From an uncultured Planctomycetaceae bacterium (GTDB lineage Bacteria > Planctomycetota > Planctomycetia > Planctomycetales > Planctomycetaceae): a stretch of DNA of 64,000 nucleotides. Shown here one piece after another: positions 10,407 through 20,390 of the stretch. The stretch lies in contig CAWFGE010000007.1 in assembly GCA_963815195.1 (NCBI GenBank), forward strand, positions 288,001 to 352,000. Direction: 5' to 3'. The notes under the pieces are model-generated. The model was not told where the DNA came from. It searched no databases and saw only the letters and a program-made list of their open reading frames with translations. Within the stretch, counting starts at the first letter, position 1. Each line of letters begins with the position of its first letter. The position numbers and the translations under genes are program-made.

Positions 10407-11075
10407 ATGCGTTTTGGACTTTTGGCCGCGGCCGCTCTGAGTTTGGGTCTGTTGACCAATGCCCGCGCCGCCACCATTGAGGGCGAATATCTCGAAGCCC
10501 GCACCTGCAATGTTTACACCGGCCCCTGCTTTGCCAACGGCGAAATGGGCATGGCCGGCAAAGAAGCCATCCTCGCCTGGAAAGTCGATCAGGGCAGTTG
10601 GAACGAAACCGCCTTAGACGGCCTGGGCGTCGCGCTCGTCGTCACCGCCGACAGCACGCTGGGCGACGACGGCGTGTTCGGCATGGAAACGCCCGAAACC
10701 AAGTCCGTGATCCTCGTCGATAAAAACGCCAGCGAAAGCCAAAAGAAAGCCCTCGTGGCCTTCGTGAAAGACTCCGCCAAGAAGCTGGCGAAGAACGTGG
10801 TTCGCATCGAAGAAGTCCCCTTTACTTTGGAAAACGACCATGTGGACGCCAAGGGCATGTTCGCGGCGGGCAACATCGCCAAGATCGAAACCCGCAAGCT
10901 CAAAAAAGGCGACTGCGTGTGCAGCAACGAAATCGTGTATTATCAACCGCTGACCAAAGTCGAAAACTTCCACCCCGCGTTTTCGCTGTCGAACAAATTC
11001 CAGGGCAAAGGCCTCCAAAACAACTGGTCCGCCGGCGGCGAACGCAGCGCCTTCCTCGCCACGTTCCGCCGCTGA
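10407..11075 (+). CDS. Exported DUF1326-family protein (putative metal-binding)
   Basis: Signal peptide ending ARA; GEYLEARTCNVYTGPCFAN, LAWKVDQG.W...LDGL and DCVCSNE; GGAGG RBS. Confidence 0.75.
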   Translation: MRFGLLAAAALSLGLLTNARAATIEGEYLEARTCNVYTGPCFANGEMGMAGKEAILAWKVDQGSWNETALDGLGVALVVTADSTLGDDGVFGMETPETKSVILVDKNASESQKKALVAFVKDSAKKLAKNVVRIEEVPFTLENDHVDAKGMFAAGNIAKIETRKLKKGDCVCSNEIVYYQPLTKVENFHPAFSLSNKFQGKGLQNNWSAGGERSAFLATFRR

Positions 11076-11103
11076 TTTCTTTCGGCGATCTAAGAAACTT
11101 GAA

Positions 11104-11140
11104 AACGGAACCTCTTTTGCGGGGGGTTCCGTTTTTTGTT
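11104..11140 (+). terminator. Rho-independent terminator
   Basis: AACGGAACCTCTT/GGGGGGTTCCGTT hairpin followed by a T-run. Confidence 0.7.
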
Positions 11141-11146
11141 TAAGCA

Positions 11147-11201
11147 TTCGAACGCAAAAAGCACAGCGCGGCTGAGCCGCGCTGTGTCCTTTGCGTTCGA
11201 A
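11147..11201. repeat. Long palindrome/REP-like hairpin
   Basis: TTCGAACGCAAA..CACAGCGCGGC-TGA-GCCGCGCTGTG..TTTGCGTTCGAA. Confidence 0.6.
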
Positions 11202-11315
11202 TCTCAAGAGCGGTCCACGGACTGGTGCGGGGATTGTTCCCTGGGTATGGTATGAAGACGATCCAATGGGATCCCGCTTTCCCGATTTCATACCACGACT
11301 GGAGAGGAACACATC

Positions 11316-11978
11316 ATGCGCTTAAATGGTTTGCCTTGGGTTTTGGGTTTGCTGCTCGTTTCGGGAACGATTTCCGCGGAGGACAAAGACGGCTTTATGT
11401 CAATGTTCGACGGGAAAACATTGGACGGTTGGGAGCAGAAAAACGGCACGGCCACTTACGGTGTAGAAGACGGCGGCGTCATCGTCGGCAAGACCAGCGA
11501 AGGCAGCCCCAACTCGTTTTTGTGCACAAAGAAAAACTACGGCGATTTCGAGTTGCTGTTTGAAGTGAAGGTCGATGATGAGCTGAACTCCGGCGTGCAG
11601 ATTCGCTCGGTCAGTAAGCCTGATATCAAAAACGGCCGCGTCCACGGGCCGCAGGTGGAAATCGCCACCAACGGCACCGCGGGGTTCATTTACGGCGAAG
11701 CCCTGGGCACCGGCTGGCTTAGCAGCGACGAAGCCCGCGCGAATCCCAAAAAACAAGCCGCGTTCAAAAAAGGCGAGTGGAACAAATACCGCGTCGTCGC
11801 CCAGGGGAAGGCCATCAAGACCTGGGTCAACGGCCAGCCCGTCGCCGATCTGGTCGATGACAAAACCGGGATGGAGTCGGGCCGAATCTGCCTGCAAGTC
11901 CACGGCATCAAAAAAGGCGCCGGCCCTTACGAAGTCCGCTGGCGAAGCATCAAGCTCAAAGACCTTTCGCGGAAATAA
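11316..11978 (+). CDS. DUF1080 / 3-keto-disaccharide hydrolase family exported protein
   Basis: Signal peptide; FDGKTLDGW, YGDFEL, NSGVQIRS, EWNKYRV and ICLQVH motifs. Confidence 0.92.
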   Translation: MRLNGLPWVLGLLLVSGTISAEDKDGFMSMFDGKTLDGWEQKNGTATYGVEDGGVIVGKTSEGSPNSFLCTKKNYGDFELLFEVKVDDELNSGVQIRSVSKPDIKNGRVHGPQVEIATNGTAGFIYGEALGTGWLSSDEARANPKKQAAFKKGEWNKYRVVAQGKAIKTWVNGQPVADLVDDKTGMESGRICLQVHGIKKGAGPYEVRWRSIKLKDLSRK

Positions 11979-12280
11979 ACTCGCGGCTCGCCCGTGAAAA
12001 AACCGAGGCGGACCACCGGGAAATTTTCCCCGTGGTCCCCTCGTTTTTTATTCGGCCGGCAAATTGAGGAGAACCCCTATCAGCCCGAAAGGAAATGCGA
12101 GCGGGCCAGAATTGTTGAAAATCGTGCAATCGGACTAAAGCCACGCCCGGCGAAAAAATCCCGGCTCCAGCGCGGAGAAGCTTTGACAACCGGGTTGCCG
12201 CCCCGATTCGGTGAAATAATCTTGCGGTAATCCGTTTCCCCGTCTCCTTGGGCGTTCAAAACTAACGAAAAGGGTTTTCC

Positions 12281-12472
12281 ATGAAGTCCGATGCCGAAAC
12301 TCGTTCCCCGCTGTTCAACTTCCCCGTCCTGTTGGCCCTCACCGCGATTGTTTGCCTGGTGATTTATCAAGTGTTTGGCTTGAACACCGCGGCGGCCGTG
12401 GCGTTTTGCTCGATCCTCTTCACGTGGTGCGCCCTGCGGCGGAAACCCCAAAACGCCGCCGAAACCAACTGA
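12281..12472 (+). CDS. Small two-TM hypothetical protein
   Basis: Two hydrophobic segments followed by a basic RRK tail. Confidence 0.5.
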   Translation: MKSDAETRSPLFNFPVLLALTAIVCLVIYQVFGLNTAAAVAFCSILFTWCALRRKPQNAAETN

Positions 12473-12489
12473 GCGATTGGCTCAATGGT

Positions 12490-13872
12490 TTAAGGAGCCA
12501 GCCGCACCGGGGTCAGGGAGCGGACGACGATGTTGTCCATCCGCAATTCGGGGCGATAGCTTCGTTGGCCGTAGAGGCCCATCGCTTTGCCGACGTAAGG
12601 TTCCAGATTCAAGCCGCGAACGGGCTGCAAGTACGCCAGCACCTGGCCTTGGGGCGTAATCAGCACATAGGCGGGCGTGCCGGCCCCGGCGGTCGCGGCC
12701 CGCTGCACGATGCCCGCCCCGTCGAAGCGGGGAACCGGCTGTGCGGATTGTGACGGCGGCGCGGGATCGGGTTTCCGTGGGATGGGCTCCACCCCCGGAA
12801 GCTCCACCGGATCGGGAACCTGGGTCTGGGCGAACGGATCGGGAATCGGAACCAACGGCTCGTCTTCCGCGGGCGTCGGCGTCGGAGTGGATTTTGTTTG
12901 CTGCTGTTGAATGGACATCAACTGCGCATCCCGCTTGCGGGTCTCCGTGGTGAGCTTGACCAGCGCATCGTAGCCCTCTTTGATTTTGCGATACCGGTTG
13001 ATCGCATTAAACCGGAGGTCAATCTGGCTGGCGAGGGCGGGGAGAGCCGCGTCCTGTTGAAGCTGGCGGTAGCCCTGTTCCAACGGGGCGAACGACCAAT
13101 CTTCGGTCCGGCCGTTGACCATCGTGCGGAACGCCGTGTCCAATTCCTCGAGCCGCTGATGCTGGGCGGCAAGCACGTTCGGATCGGGACCGCTACGCCT
13201 TACGGCGGGTTCGCCGGCGGGCTGGTTCCGCGAGGATTCGAACACATTCATGTTCGCCGACTGCGGCGGCTTGGTTTGGGTTACTGCGGAATTGGGTGCC
13301 GCCGGCGGGGCCTGTTTCGCTTGGGACGGAATCGCAAACGGATTTTCGTCCTGCTGCTGGCGGACGATCTGATTCACCGGCGTGATGTACTTCCCGGAGA
13401 CCCAGCGGTATTCGCCGATCGGCGGGGAGATCTTGTAGTGAGGCACCTGCCCGGCCGGCGTGGAGAGCACTTTCTCTTCGAGGATTTGCACCTGGTCGTT
13501 TCTGGACAGCCGAACTTGCTCGACCTCGCGGGTCTCATCGCCGAAAGCACTGCCTACGCGGACGACGACGTTGTTTTCGGCGATCGTCCCGCGATTGGGA
13601 GCGGTTTTTTGAACGTACTCGGCCCGGATCCAACTGAAGCTCCCGGGCGGCGGGGCGATCATGTACCACCCGCCGGGATCGTGCCGATGAACCGTGACCC
13701 GCGTGCCCCGGTTGAGTTGCCCCGTGGGATAAAATTGCTTGCCCGGGCCGCTGCGAACGTAGGCGGCGTCCGATTCCACCAATCCTTCATAAGGGAACTT
13801 TCGAATTTGCGCCGAGAGGGGACTGAGCATCAACAACAACGCGCTCGACCCGAACAGCAAGAAACGCAACAT
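12490..13872 (-). CDS. Exported bacterial SH3-domain protein with coiled coil and Pro-rich linker
   Basis: Signal peptide; two SH3b-like repeats (YVRSGPG...GWYMIAPP..SWI; VRVGS...YKISPP..YRWV); GAGGAGG RBS. Confidence 0.82.
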   Translation of the reverse strand: MLRFLLFGSSALLLMLSPLSAQIRKFPYEGLVESDAAYVRSGPGKQFYPTGQLNRGTRVTVHRHDPGGWYMIAPPPGSFSWIRAEYVQKTAPNRGTIAENNVVVRVGSAFGDETREVEQVRLSRNDQVQILEEKVLSTPAGQVPHYKISPPIGEYRWVSGKYITPVNQIVRQQQDENPFAIPSQAKQAPPAAPNSAVTQTKPPQSANMNVFESSRNQPAGEPAVRRSGPDPNVLAAQHQRLEELDTAFRTMVNGRTEDWSFAPLEQGYRQLQQDAALPALASQIDLRFNAINRYRKIKEGYDALVKLTTETRKRDAQLMSIQQQQTKSTPTPTPAEDEPLVPIPDPFAQTQVPDPVELPGVEPIPRKPDPAPPSQSAQPVPRFDGAGIVQRAATAGAGTPAYVLITPQGQVLAYLQPVRGLNLEPYVGKAMGLYGQRSYRPELRMDNIVVRSLTPVRLAP

Positions 13873-14285
13873 CGAAAACCTCCTCGCCCCGCGCGGCGAT
13901 TTCGGAAAATCTGACGGGAAATGGTGAAAACCGGCCTGGTCAATCGGGAAATTGAGTCCCGACGGCCCATCGCACCGGGTGAAATCGCATCCGGGCGGTC
14001 GGCGGCGTCGGTGAGAGAATTGGAGAATGGATAAGAAGCGGGTTCTTACAGAATTTTCAGAATCTCCTCAAGATCGGTCTCGAAAAAACCGACGCCCGCC
14101 GGCAAATTTCGCCGTTCGCCGGCTGGAAATGCCGAAAAACGGCTCGGAACCGGCCCGGCCCCGTGCTTGCGATCGGCATTTCGCTTCGCGAGAATGAAAC
14201 GATCGGCCGCCCGAAAGCGGGCATTGTCTCGAATCGCCGCGGACGCCCCGATTTCGCGTTTTGCTCCCTTTTTCCCTTCCAACTC

Positions 14286-14855
14286 ATGCGACCTCGCGTA
14301 CTGATTCTTCCCCTCTCCGCCGTCGTGATCGCGGGGTTATGTGCTTACAAGCTCTCGCAGTCGGAAGAACCGCCGGATCCCGACCGTTCGATCGTGCTCA
14401 CTCGCCAGGCTCCGTTTTTCGAGCTGTACAACGACCACAAGCCGCCGCAGTTGGTCTGGCTCAAAAGCTACATCGGCCGGCACCGGATCGTGCTCGTGTT
14501 TTTCGATCCCCAAACCGGTTTGAAAGGCGATCCGGCGCTGGTGTGGCTTCGCCGGCACGCGGGCGGCTTGCACAGCCGGAACGTGAAGGTGTTCGCCATC
14601 AGCCAGGCCCTCCCGCAAACGCACCGCAAAATGCTGAAAGCATGGCTCGCCGACGACGAGGAGCCGCCGTTCGAGTTCCTCACCGATTTGACGGGCAGCG
14701 CGCACCGGGCTTACGGCCGCTTCGACGAGAAAACGAAAGCCCTCCTCACGGGGGTGTTCCTCATCGACCGGGCCGGCAATCTGCCCTGGGACGAAAGCCA
14801 TCCATTGCCGCTCGAGCGCCCCTTGGAGGCACTCGAGCACGAGTTCTTGGAATAA
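14286..14855 (+). CDS. Membrane-anchored peroxiredoxin/redoxin-fold protein lacking the catalytic Cys
   Basis: APFFEL..LKSYIGRHRIVLVFF, VFAIS, FEFLTD, AYGR and VFLIDRAG; no Cys in the active-site loop. Confidence 0.7.
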   Translation: MRPRVLILPLSAVVIAGLCAYKLSQSEEPPDPDRSIVLTRQAPFFELYNDHKPPQLVWLKSYIGRHRIVLVFFDPQTGLKGDPALVWLRRHAGGLHSRNVKVFAISQALPQTHRKMLKAWLADDEEPPFEFLTDLTGSAHRAYGRFDEKTKALLTGVFLIDRAGNLPWDESHPLPLERPLEALEHEFLE

Positions 14856-14978
14856 ATCATCGGCTCGGCAGGCTTTTCTCTTTTGGCGGGTTCGGTACAC
14901 TGATAGGAAGGAATTGATAATTCGCAAACTGGTTGCGCGAAGCATTTTCGTTTGGGGTCTTTCTGAGGAATTTCGATT

Positions 14979-15554
14979 ATGATCAAGTGGATTGTGTGTG
15001 GGGCGATTTTGGGGATGGGGCTGTTGCAATCCGCCCGGGCGGACGAGAAGACCGAGGATTCCCCCGTGCTCAAGCACAAAATGAATTCGCTGGCCGGCAA
15101 GCCGGTGGACCTCTCGCAGTACAAAGGCAAGGTGCTGCTCATTGTGAACACCGCCAGCCGCTGCGGAGCCACTCCGCAGTACGAAGACCTCCAGGCGCTT
15201 CACGAAAAGTACTCCAAAGATGGCCTCGTGGTCTTGGGCTTTCCCTGCAACCAGTTCGGCAAGCAGGAGCCGGGCGACTCGAAGCAAATCGCCTCCTTCT
15301 GCAAGAAGAACTACGGCGTGACGTTTCCGATGTTCTCCAAGATCGAAGTCAACGGCGACCGGGCCTGCGACCTTTTCAAGTACCTCACCTCCAAAGAGGC
15401 TTACCCCGACGATTCGGGCAAGGTGAAGTGGAACTTCGAGAAGTTCCTTATTAACCGCGACGGCAAAGTCGTGAAGCGGTTCCGCACCGGCGTCAATCCC
15501 CGCTCGAAACCCGTGATCGAAGCGATCGAACGCGAGCTGAAAAGCGATTCGTAG
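14979..15554 (+). CDS. Exported glutathione peroxidase family protein
   Basis: NTASRCGATPQY, GFPCNQFGKQE and WNFEKFL; signal peptide; active-site codon is TGC (Cys, not Sec). Confidence 0.95.
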   Translation: MIKWIVCGAILGMGLLQSARADEKTEDSPVLKHKMNSLAGKPVDLSQYKGKVLLIVNTASRCGATPQYEDLQALHEKYSKDGLVVLGFPCNQFGKQEPGDSKQIASFCKKNYGVTFPMFSKIEVNGDRACDLFKYLTSKEAYPDDSGKVKWNFEKFLINRDGKVVKRFRTGVNPRSKPVIEAIERELKSDS

Positions 15555-15566
15555 ATGGAACTCTCT

Positions 15567-15637
15567 GGTGGCTCAGACATTCCTGCCTGTGCCGAAACAT
15601 GGCGATGATCTCCGCAGAGAAGAATGTGTGTGGCACG
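15567..15637. repeat. REP-like pair (GTGGCTCAGACATTCCTGCCTGTGC...GCAGAGAAGAATGTGTGTGGCAC)
   Basis: Imperfect inverted repeat just after the peroxidase stop. Confidence 0.55.
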
Positions 15638-15648
15638 TTCGTTCCAAG

Positions 15649-15688
15649 AAGCCCGGCCTTTCCGAGACGCCGGGCTTTTTGTTTTTTG
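15649..15688 (+). terminator. Rho-independent terminator
   Basis: AAGCCCGGC/GCCGGGCTT hairpin followed by TTTGTTTTTT. Confidence 0.7.
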
Positions 15689-15698
15689 AAAGCCTGCC

Positions 15699-16328
15699 AT
15701 GACGACCGCCGAGAAATCTTTGCCAAAACAAACGACCCGCCGGGCTCCGTTGGGGATTCCGCGGGGCAGCATTCGGGCGCTGCTCACGATTCTCGTGGTG
15801 GCGTTCATCGTGGTCCAAACCGCGCGGGGCAAAGACATCGGGCTGTTGTGGTCGGAAACTTTGATGATCATGCTGGCCCACTATTTCACGTCCCGGCGGT
15901 TTGTGGAGCTGCCGCGGGACCTGCGGGAGCAACTCGAAGCCGAGGGCAAAATCCCCGCCGATCGGCAACCGTTGTATTTGCCCAAGCACACGATTCGGGG
16001 GCTGATCGTGCTGTCGTTCGCGGGGTTGGCCTGGTACTTGTACCGGGAAAGCCGGTTGATGGAGCCTCGATCGCTCGCGATCCTGGGCACCGTCGGGGCC
16101 TACTTCTTGGGGATTCTGGCCAAAATCGTCACGGGCTGGTTTAGCCAAGAGGGAACCGCCCGGCCCGCCAACTGGTGGGACGACATGAAGGCCCTCGCGA
16201 CGCTGCTCATCGTCGCCGCCGCCATTGCGGTCGAGTTTTTGCACCTCCAGGACAAACTCCCCTTCACGCAGAATCAACTGGAGTCCACGACGCTCGGATT
16301 GATTCTATTCTACTTCGGCTCCCGCTAA
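15699..16328 (+). CDS. Hypothetical multi-TM membrane protein with internal duplication
   Basis: PLGIPRGSIRALL vs PLYLPKHTIRGLI; HYFTSR vs FYFGSR. Confidence 0.8.
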   Translation: MTTAEKSLPKQTTRRAPLGIPRGSIRALLTILVVAFIVVQTARGKDIGLLWSETLMIMLAHYFTSRRFVELPRDLREQLEAEGKIPADRQPLYLPKHTIRGLIVLSFAGLAWYLYRESRLMEPRSLAILGTVGAYFLGILAKIVTGWFSQEGTARPANWWDDMKALATLLIVAAAIAVEFLHLQDKLPFTQNQLESTTLGLILFYFGSR

Positions 16329-16404
16329 CCCTGGACGCACTCCGCCTCAGGTGCATAATGAATTGAAGACGCCACGCGGGGAACTTCGCCCCGAGGTGTT
16401 TTGG

Positions 16405-16449
16405 TGATTCGGATTTGGGATTTGTTTCGGATTTCGAGATTCGGATTTT
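16405..16449. repeat. Low-complexity TTCGGATTT-type repeat
   Basis: Same family as 59931-60070. Confidence 0.6.
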
Positions 16450-16483
16450 GTTTAGAACGGGGCAACTTAAAGGAGAATTGGTG

Positions 16484-17095
16484 ATGACACGTTTCTTCCT
16501 GGCGGCGGCATTGGCGAGTTGTGTGCTCGGTTTGAACGCGGGGGCGGCTTCGGCGGCGAAGTTCAACAAGAAAGTCGACGTCGGCGACACGCCGGCCGAG
16601 TGGAAAGATCTCGAAGGCATTGACGGCAAAACGCACAGCCTCGCCGATTACAAAAAAGCCGACGTCCTGGTGATCGCCTTCACCTGCAACCATTGCCCGG
16701 TGGCGAATGCTTATGTCGACCGCTTCAACAAGCTGGCCGAGAAATACGGCGAGAAGAAAGTGCGGTTCGTGGCCATCAACGTCAGCGACAGCCCGGTGGA
16801 CAGCATGGACAACATGATCAAGCGGGCGAAGGACAAAGGCTACAAGTTCGACTATCTCCAGGACCTCAGCCAGGACAGCGCCCGGGCGTACGGGGCGCTC
16901 GTCACGCCGCATTTGTTCGTGCTCGACAAAGACCGCAAGATCGCCTACATGGGGGCCTTCGACGACAGCATGAACCCCGCCGAGGTCGAAAAGCATTACG
17001 TCCGCGACGCCGTCGATGCCCTGCTCGCCGGCAAAAAGCCCGAGGTCAAAGAGTCCCTCCAATTCGGCTGCGGCATCGAATACAAGCGGAAATGA
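16484..17095 (+). CDS. Exported thioredoxin-like AhpC/TSA family protein
   Basis: Signal peptide; FTCNHCP, YGALVTPHLFV, YMGAFDD and GCGI; AAGGAG RBS. Confidence 0.92.
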   Translation: MTRFFLAAALASCVLGLNAGAASAAKFNKKVDVGDTPAEWKDLEGIDGKTHSLADYKKADVLVIAFTCNHCPVANAYVDRFNKLAEKYGEKKVRFVAINVSDSPVDSMDNMIKRAKDKGYKFDYLQDLSQDSARAYGALVTPHLFVLDKDRKIAYMGAFDDSMNPAEVEKHYVRDAVDALLAGKKPEVKESLQFGCGIEYKRK

Positions 17096-17378
17096 TGTCC
17101 TCGGCCTAAGCCCGGCTCATCTCGGGCGTCGTCTTTGCGATCGCGACTCGATGACGAGTGTGCGCGCGGACAACGGAGCCGCATGTGGGAGGCGGGACAG
17201 CTTGCGGTGCGGAATCGCGGCCGATACGATCGCGCTTTTGAGTTTCTGTCGTTCCAAAAATGCCAGAGCCGCGCCACGAAGTCAGCGGGACAGCGACTTC
17301 TGAATCTGAAGTCTGAAGGGCAAAAACCGCTTACTTCGTGCGCGGCTCCTAATGACATCCTTCGAGAGGGCATGGTTG

Positions 17379-18407
17379 ATGAAAGCATTGGTCAAACGCC
17401 GCGCGGAGCCGGGGTTATGGTTGGAGGATGTTCCCGAACCGGAGGTGGGACTCAACGATGTGTTGATCCGCGTGGACCGCACGGGCATCTGCGGCACGGA
17501 TTTGCACATCTACAAATGGGACAAGTGGGCCCAGAAGACGATCCCGGTGCCGATGGTCGTGGGGCACGAGTTCGTGGGCGAAGTCGTCCGCGTCGGCTCG
17601 AATGTGGCGGACTTTCATCCGGGCGAAGTCGTCAGCGGCGAAGGGCACGTGGTCTGCGGCCGTTGCCGGAATTGCCTCGCGGGGCGGAGGCATCTGTGCA
17701 AGGACACGCAGGGCGTGGGCGTCAATCGGCCCGGGGCGTTTGCGGAGTACATTTCGCTGCCGATGACGAACGTTTGGCATCATCGCGAGACGGTGGACCG
17801 GGACGTGGCGGCGATTTTCGATCCCTTCGGCAACGCCGTGCACACCGCGCTATCGTTTCCCGTCCTGGGCGAGGATGTTTTGATCACCGGGGCCGGTCCG
17901 ATCGGAATCATGGCGGCCGCGGTGGTCCGTCACGCCGGGGCGAGGCACGTCGTGATCACCGACGTCAACCCATACCGGTTGGAGCTGGCGCGGAAGATGG
18001 GAGCCACGCTGGCGATCGACGTCCGCGAAACCTCTATCGCCGAGACCCAAAAACAACTCGACATGCACGAGGGGTTCGATGTGGGCCTGGAAATGTCCGG
18101 CAATTCCGACGCCTTCAACGACATGCTCGCCAATATGTGCCACGGCGGGAAGATCGCGATGCTCGGCATCCCGGAGAAGGAAATGGCGATCGACTGGAAC
18201 CTGGTCGTGTTCAACATGTTGACCATCAAAGGCATTTACGGCCGGGAAATGTACGAGACCTGGTACAAAATGACCGTGATGCTCGAAAGCGGCTTGGACA
18301 TCCGCCCCGTGATCACCCACCGCTTCCACCACTCGGAATTTGAAAAAGGCTTCGAGGTCATGCGGTCCGGCAACTCCGGCAAAGTCCTTTTGAATTGGCG
18401 CGACTGA
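17379..18407 (+). CDS. tdh: L-threonine 3-dehydrogenase
   Basis: [44 protein letters not shown] and [14 protein letters not shown]. Confidence 0.97.
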   Translation: MKALVKRRAEPGLWLEDVPEPEVGLNDVLIRVDRTGICGTDLHIYKWDKWAQKTIPVPMVVGHEFVGEVVRVGSNVADFHPGEVVSGEGHVVCGRCRNCLAGRRHLCKDTQGVGVNRPGAFAEYISLPMTNVWHHRETVDRDVAAIFDPFGNAVHTALSFPVLGEDVLITGAGPIGIMAAAVVRHAGARHVVITDVNPYRLELARKMGATLAIDVRETSIAETQKQLDMHEGFDVGLEMSGNSDAFNDMLANMCHGGKIAMLGIPEKEMAIDWNLVVFNMLTIKGIYGREMYETWYKMTVMLESGLDIRPVITHRFHHSEFEKGFEVMRSGNSGKVLLNWRD

Positions 18408-18604
18408 CGGTGAGCGGCCGGCGTCAGCGGGTTGATCACGCCAAAAAAAATAATGCGTTTCCGAATTCAAAACGATCATGGGGCTGACGCCCGGCCTGAC
18501 GCCCCGCTCCCGGGGGAGAATTTCAGGACTGGCATTCGCGGGCCGTTGCTCGATAAAATGAAAATTGAGAGGGAGTCGTCCAATCCGCAATCGTGAGGTG
18601 GCCC

Positions 18605-19078
18605 ATGTCGGGGATGGCAATCGGAATCTGGACCGTCGCGGCGGTGGCCGCTTTCGTCCTCGCCTGGAGGCCGCTTAGGAACTGGTGGCGAAAACAGGAG
18701 GTGCGCGAAGCTGTGCGCAGGTTTCGCCTGCAGCGCGAGCAATTGGAGGCCCGCTTCTTCGACATGGCCCGCACGCAAGGCAAACCCCGCGGCCTTCGCT
18801 GGCTGGATTGCGATTGGCAGTCCGACGTGACCTTCGCCCGCGATTTGCATTCGGGGCTCTTAACCGCGTTCGTGGCGGTCAATATCTACTTTGAGGCCAT
18901 CGAAGGCGGCGACATGGAAGATGTGGAACACGTGAGCACCGTGCGGGACGCGGCGGCGCTGTTTCATTATCAGCACGGCCGCTGGGGAACGGGCGGCCGG
19001 CCGCTGTTCAACATGAACCCGCGCGAGGTTGTCTCCCGCTTTGAAGGCCAATTCGAGCCGGTCTCGATCGATCCATAA
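18605..19078 (+). CDS. Hypothetical protein with N-terminal membrane anchor
   Basis: TM segment, then GKPRGLRW..C.W, FEAIEGGDMED and GRPLFN; codon usage looks coding. Confidence 0.8.
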   Translation: MSGMAIGIWTVAAVAAFVLAWRPLRNWWRKQEVREAVRRFRLQREQLEARFFDMARTQGKPRGLRWLDCDWQSDVTFARDLHSGLLTAFVAVNIYFEAIEGGDMEDVEHVSTVRDAAALFHYQHGRWGTGGRPLFNMNPREVVSRFEGQFEPVSIDP

Positions 19079-19114
19079 GCCGGCCTCCGCGAGCCGGACG
19101 ATCGGAGCGAGTCA

Positions 19115-19143
19115 TTGACCCTGCCTGATTCGCCCACCATAAT
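19115..19143 (+). promoter_or_regulatory. Sigma70-like promoter
   Basis: TTGACC-17 bp-CATAAT upstream of the ATG at 19182. Confidence 0.55.
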
Positions 19144-19181
19144 GGAGTGGGAATTCTTCCGGCGGGATGAGGAGGTCTGGG

Positions 19182-20360
19182 ATGGCTCGGTTTGGAATCG
19201 CATCGATAATCTTCGCGCTCGCCTTCCTGCCCGCGAAAGCGTGGCCGCAACACCATCATCAGACGATCCGCTATCCGCGGGTGTACGGAGCCACGGGCCA
19301 TCTCTACGGGCCGACCCAGGCCTATTATCAATACCAAAGGCAGTACGGGCATCCCTGGAACGGATATGGCGGGATTACCGCCCCGGCGACCGTGGGCACG
19401 GGTTATCAATACGTCAACGGCTATCCCGCCGGCGGGTTGTCCTACGGGTATCTCGCCTACCAGGGCTACGGCGGTTTCGGGGTCGGCTACGGGGGTTTTG
19501 GGGCCGGCTATGGGGGCTATGTCGTGCCGCCGGGCTACAATCCGTTTCCCAGCTACACTCCGCCGGTGCCCACGATGATTTATTCCAACCCTCTGCTGTT
19601 GGGCAATGGCGCGCTGAACCCGGGTCTGCCGAATAACGCCGCGTTGAATCAGCCCCTGAATCTGCCGGACGCCCCGGGAGCGAACCTGCCCCCGCCGCCG
19701 AGCACGGCGGAAGCGAAACTAAAAAGCGTCCGGGCTCAGGCTCAAGGGGACATCTGGTTCAAACAGCAAGAGTACCACAAGGCGTTTGACCGCTACAAAG
19801 CGGCGGTGTCCGAAGCCCCGGACCGCGGGGCGGCCCATCTTCGCCTGGCGATTTGCTACGCGGCCCTGGGGCATTTGGATTTGGCGGTGCGGCAGTTGAA
19901 GGCGGGTGCGTTCTCGGATCCCAAACTGGCTGCGGACGCCGAACCGCTCAAGGACATCTACGGCGCGCAGAATTCGATTCCGCAAGCCTCGATGGTGCAT
20001 CGGGCCACGCTGTGGGCCAAGGATGATATCCGCGACCCGGACCGTTTGTTTCTGTTGGGGGCGATGTTGTATCTCCAGGGCGACGAGCGAGCCGCGATTC
20101 CGTTGCAGACGGGAATGGAGCTTCAAGGCGGGGGCGATCACTTCCGCAGTTTTCTGGTCGCCGCTCAAGCTGCGAAAAACGCGGGAAATCCAGCCGCCGG
20201 TTCCGCACCGCATCCCCAAGTCATCGACCAGACTCCGCATCCGCAAACGACTCCGCAAAACGGCAACGCCGGGGGCCTGCCGCCGTTGCCCGCGCCGCCG
20301 TCCTCCGCACCGGGCAATCTTCCGCAAAATCCCGCCCCGCTGAACCCGATCCTTCCCTGA
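19182..20360 (+). CDS. Exported TPR protein with Gly/Tyr-rich N-region and Pro-rich tail
   Basis: Signal peptide; GYGG repeats; TPR-like helices (GDIWFKQQEYHKAFDRYKAA..P; AHLRLAICYAALG). Confidence 0.8.
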   Translation: MARFGIASIIFALAFLPAKAWPQHHHQTIRYPRVYGATGHLYGPTQAYYQYQRQYGHPWNGYGGITAPATVGTGYQYVNGYPAGGLSYGYLAYQGYGGFGVGYGGFGAGYGGYVVPPGYNPFPSYTPPVPTMIYSNPLLLGNGALNPGLPNNAALNQPLNLPDAPGANLPPPPSTAEAKLKSVRAQAQGDIWFKQQEYHKAFDRYKAAVSEAPDRGAAHLRLAICYAALGHLDLAVRQLKAGAFSDPKLAADAEPLKDIYGAQNSIPQASMVHRATLWAKDDIRDPDRLFLLGAMLYLQGDERAAIPLQTGMELQGGGDHFRSFLVAAQAAKNAGNPAAGSAPHPQVIDQTPHPQTTPQNGNAGGLPPLPAPPSSAPGNLPQNPAPLNPILP

Positions 20361-20390
20361 CCGGCCCGATCCTCAAGAAATTTTTTCCGC

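Noticed and set aside
15159..15170. Selenocysteine in the glutathione peroxidase
   Set aside because: The active-site codon is TGC and there is no in-frame TGA.
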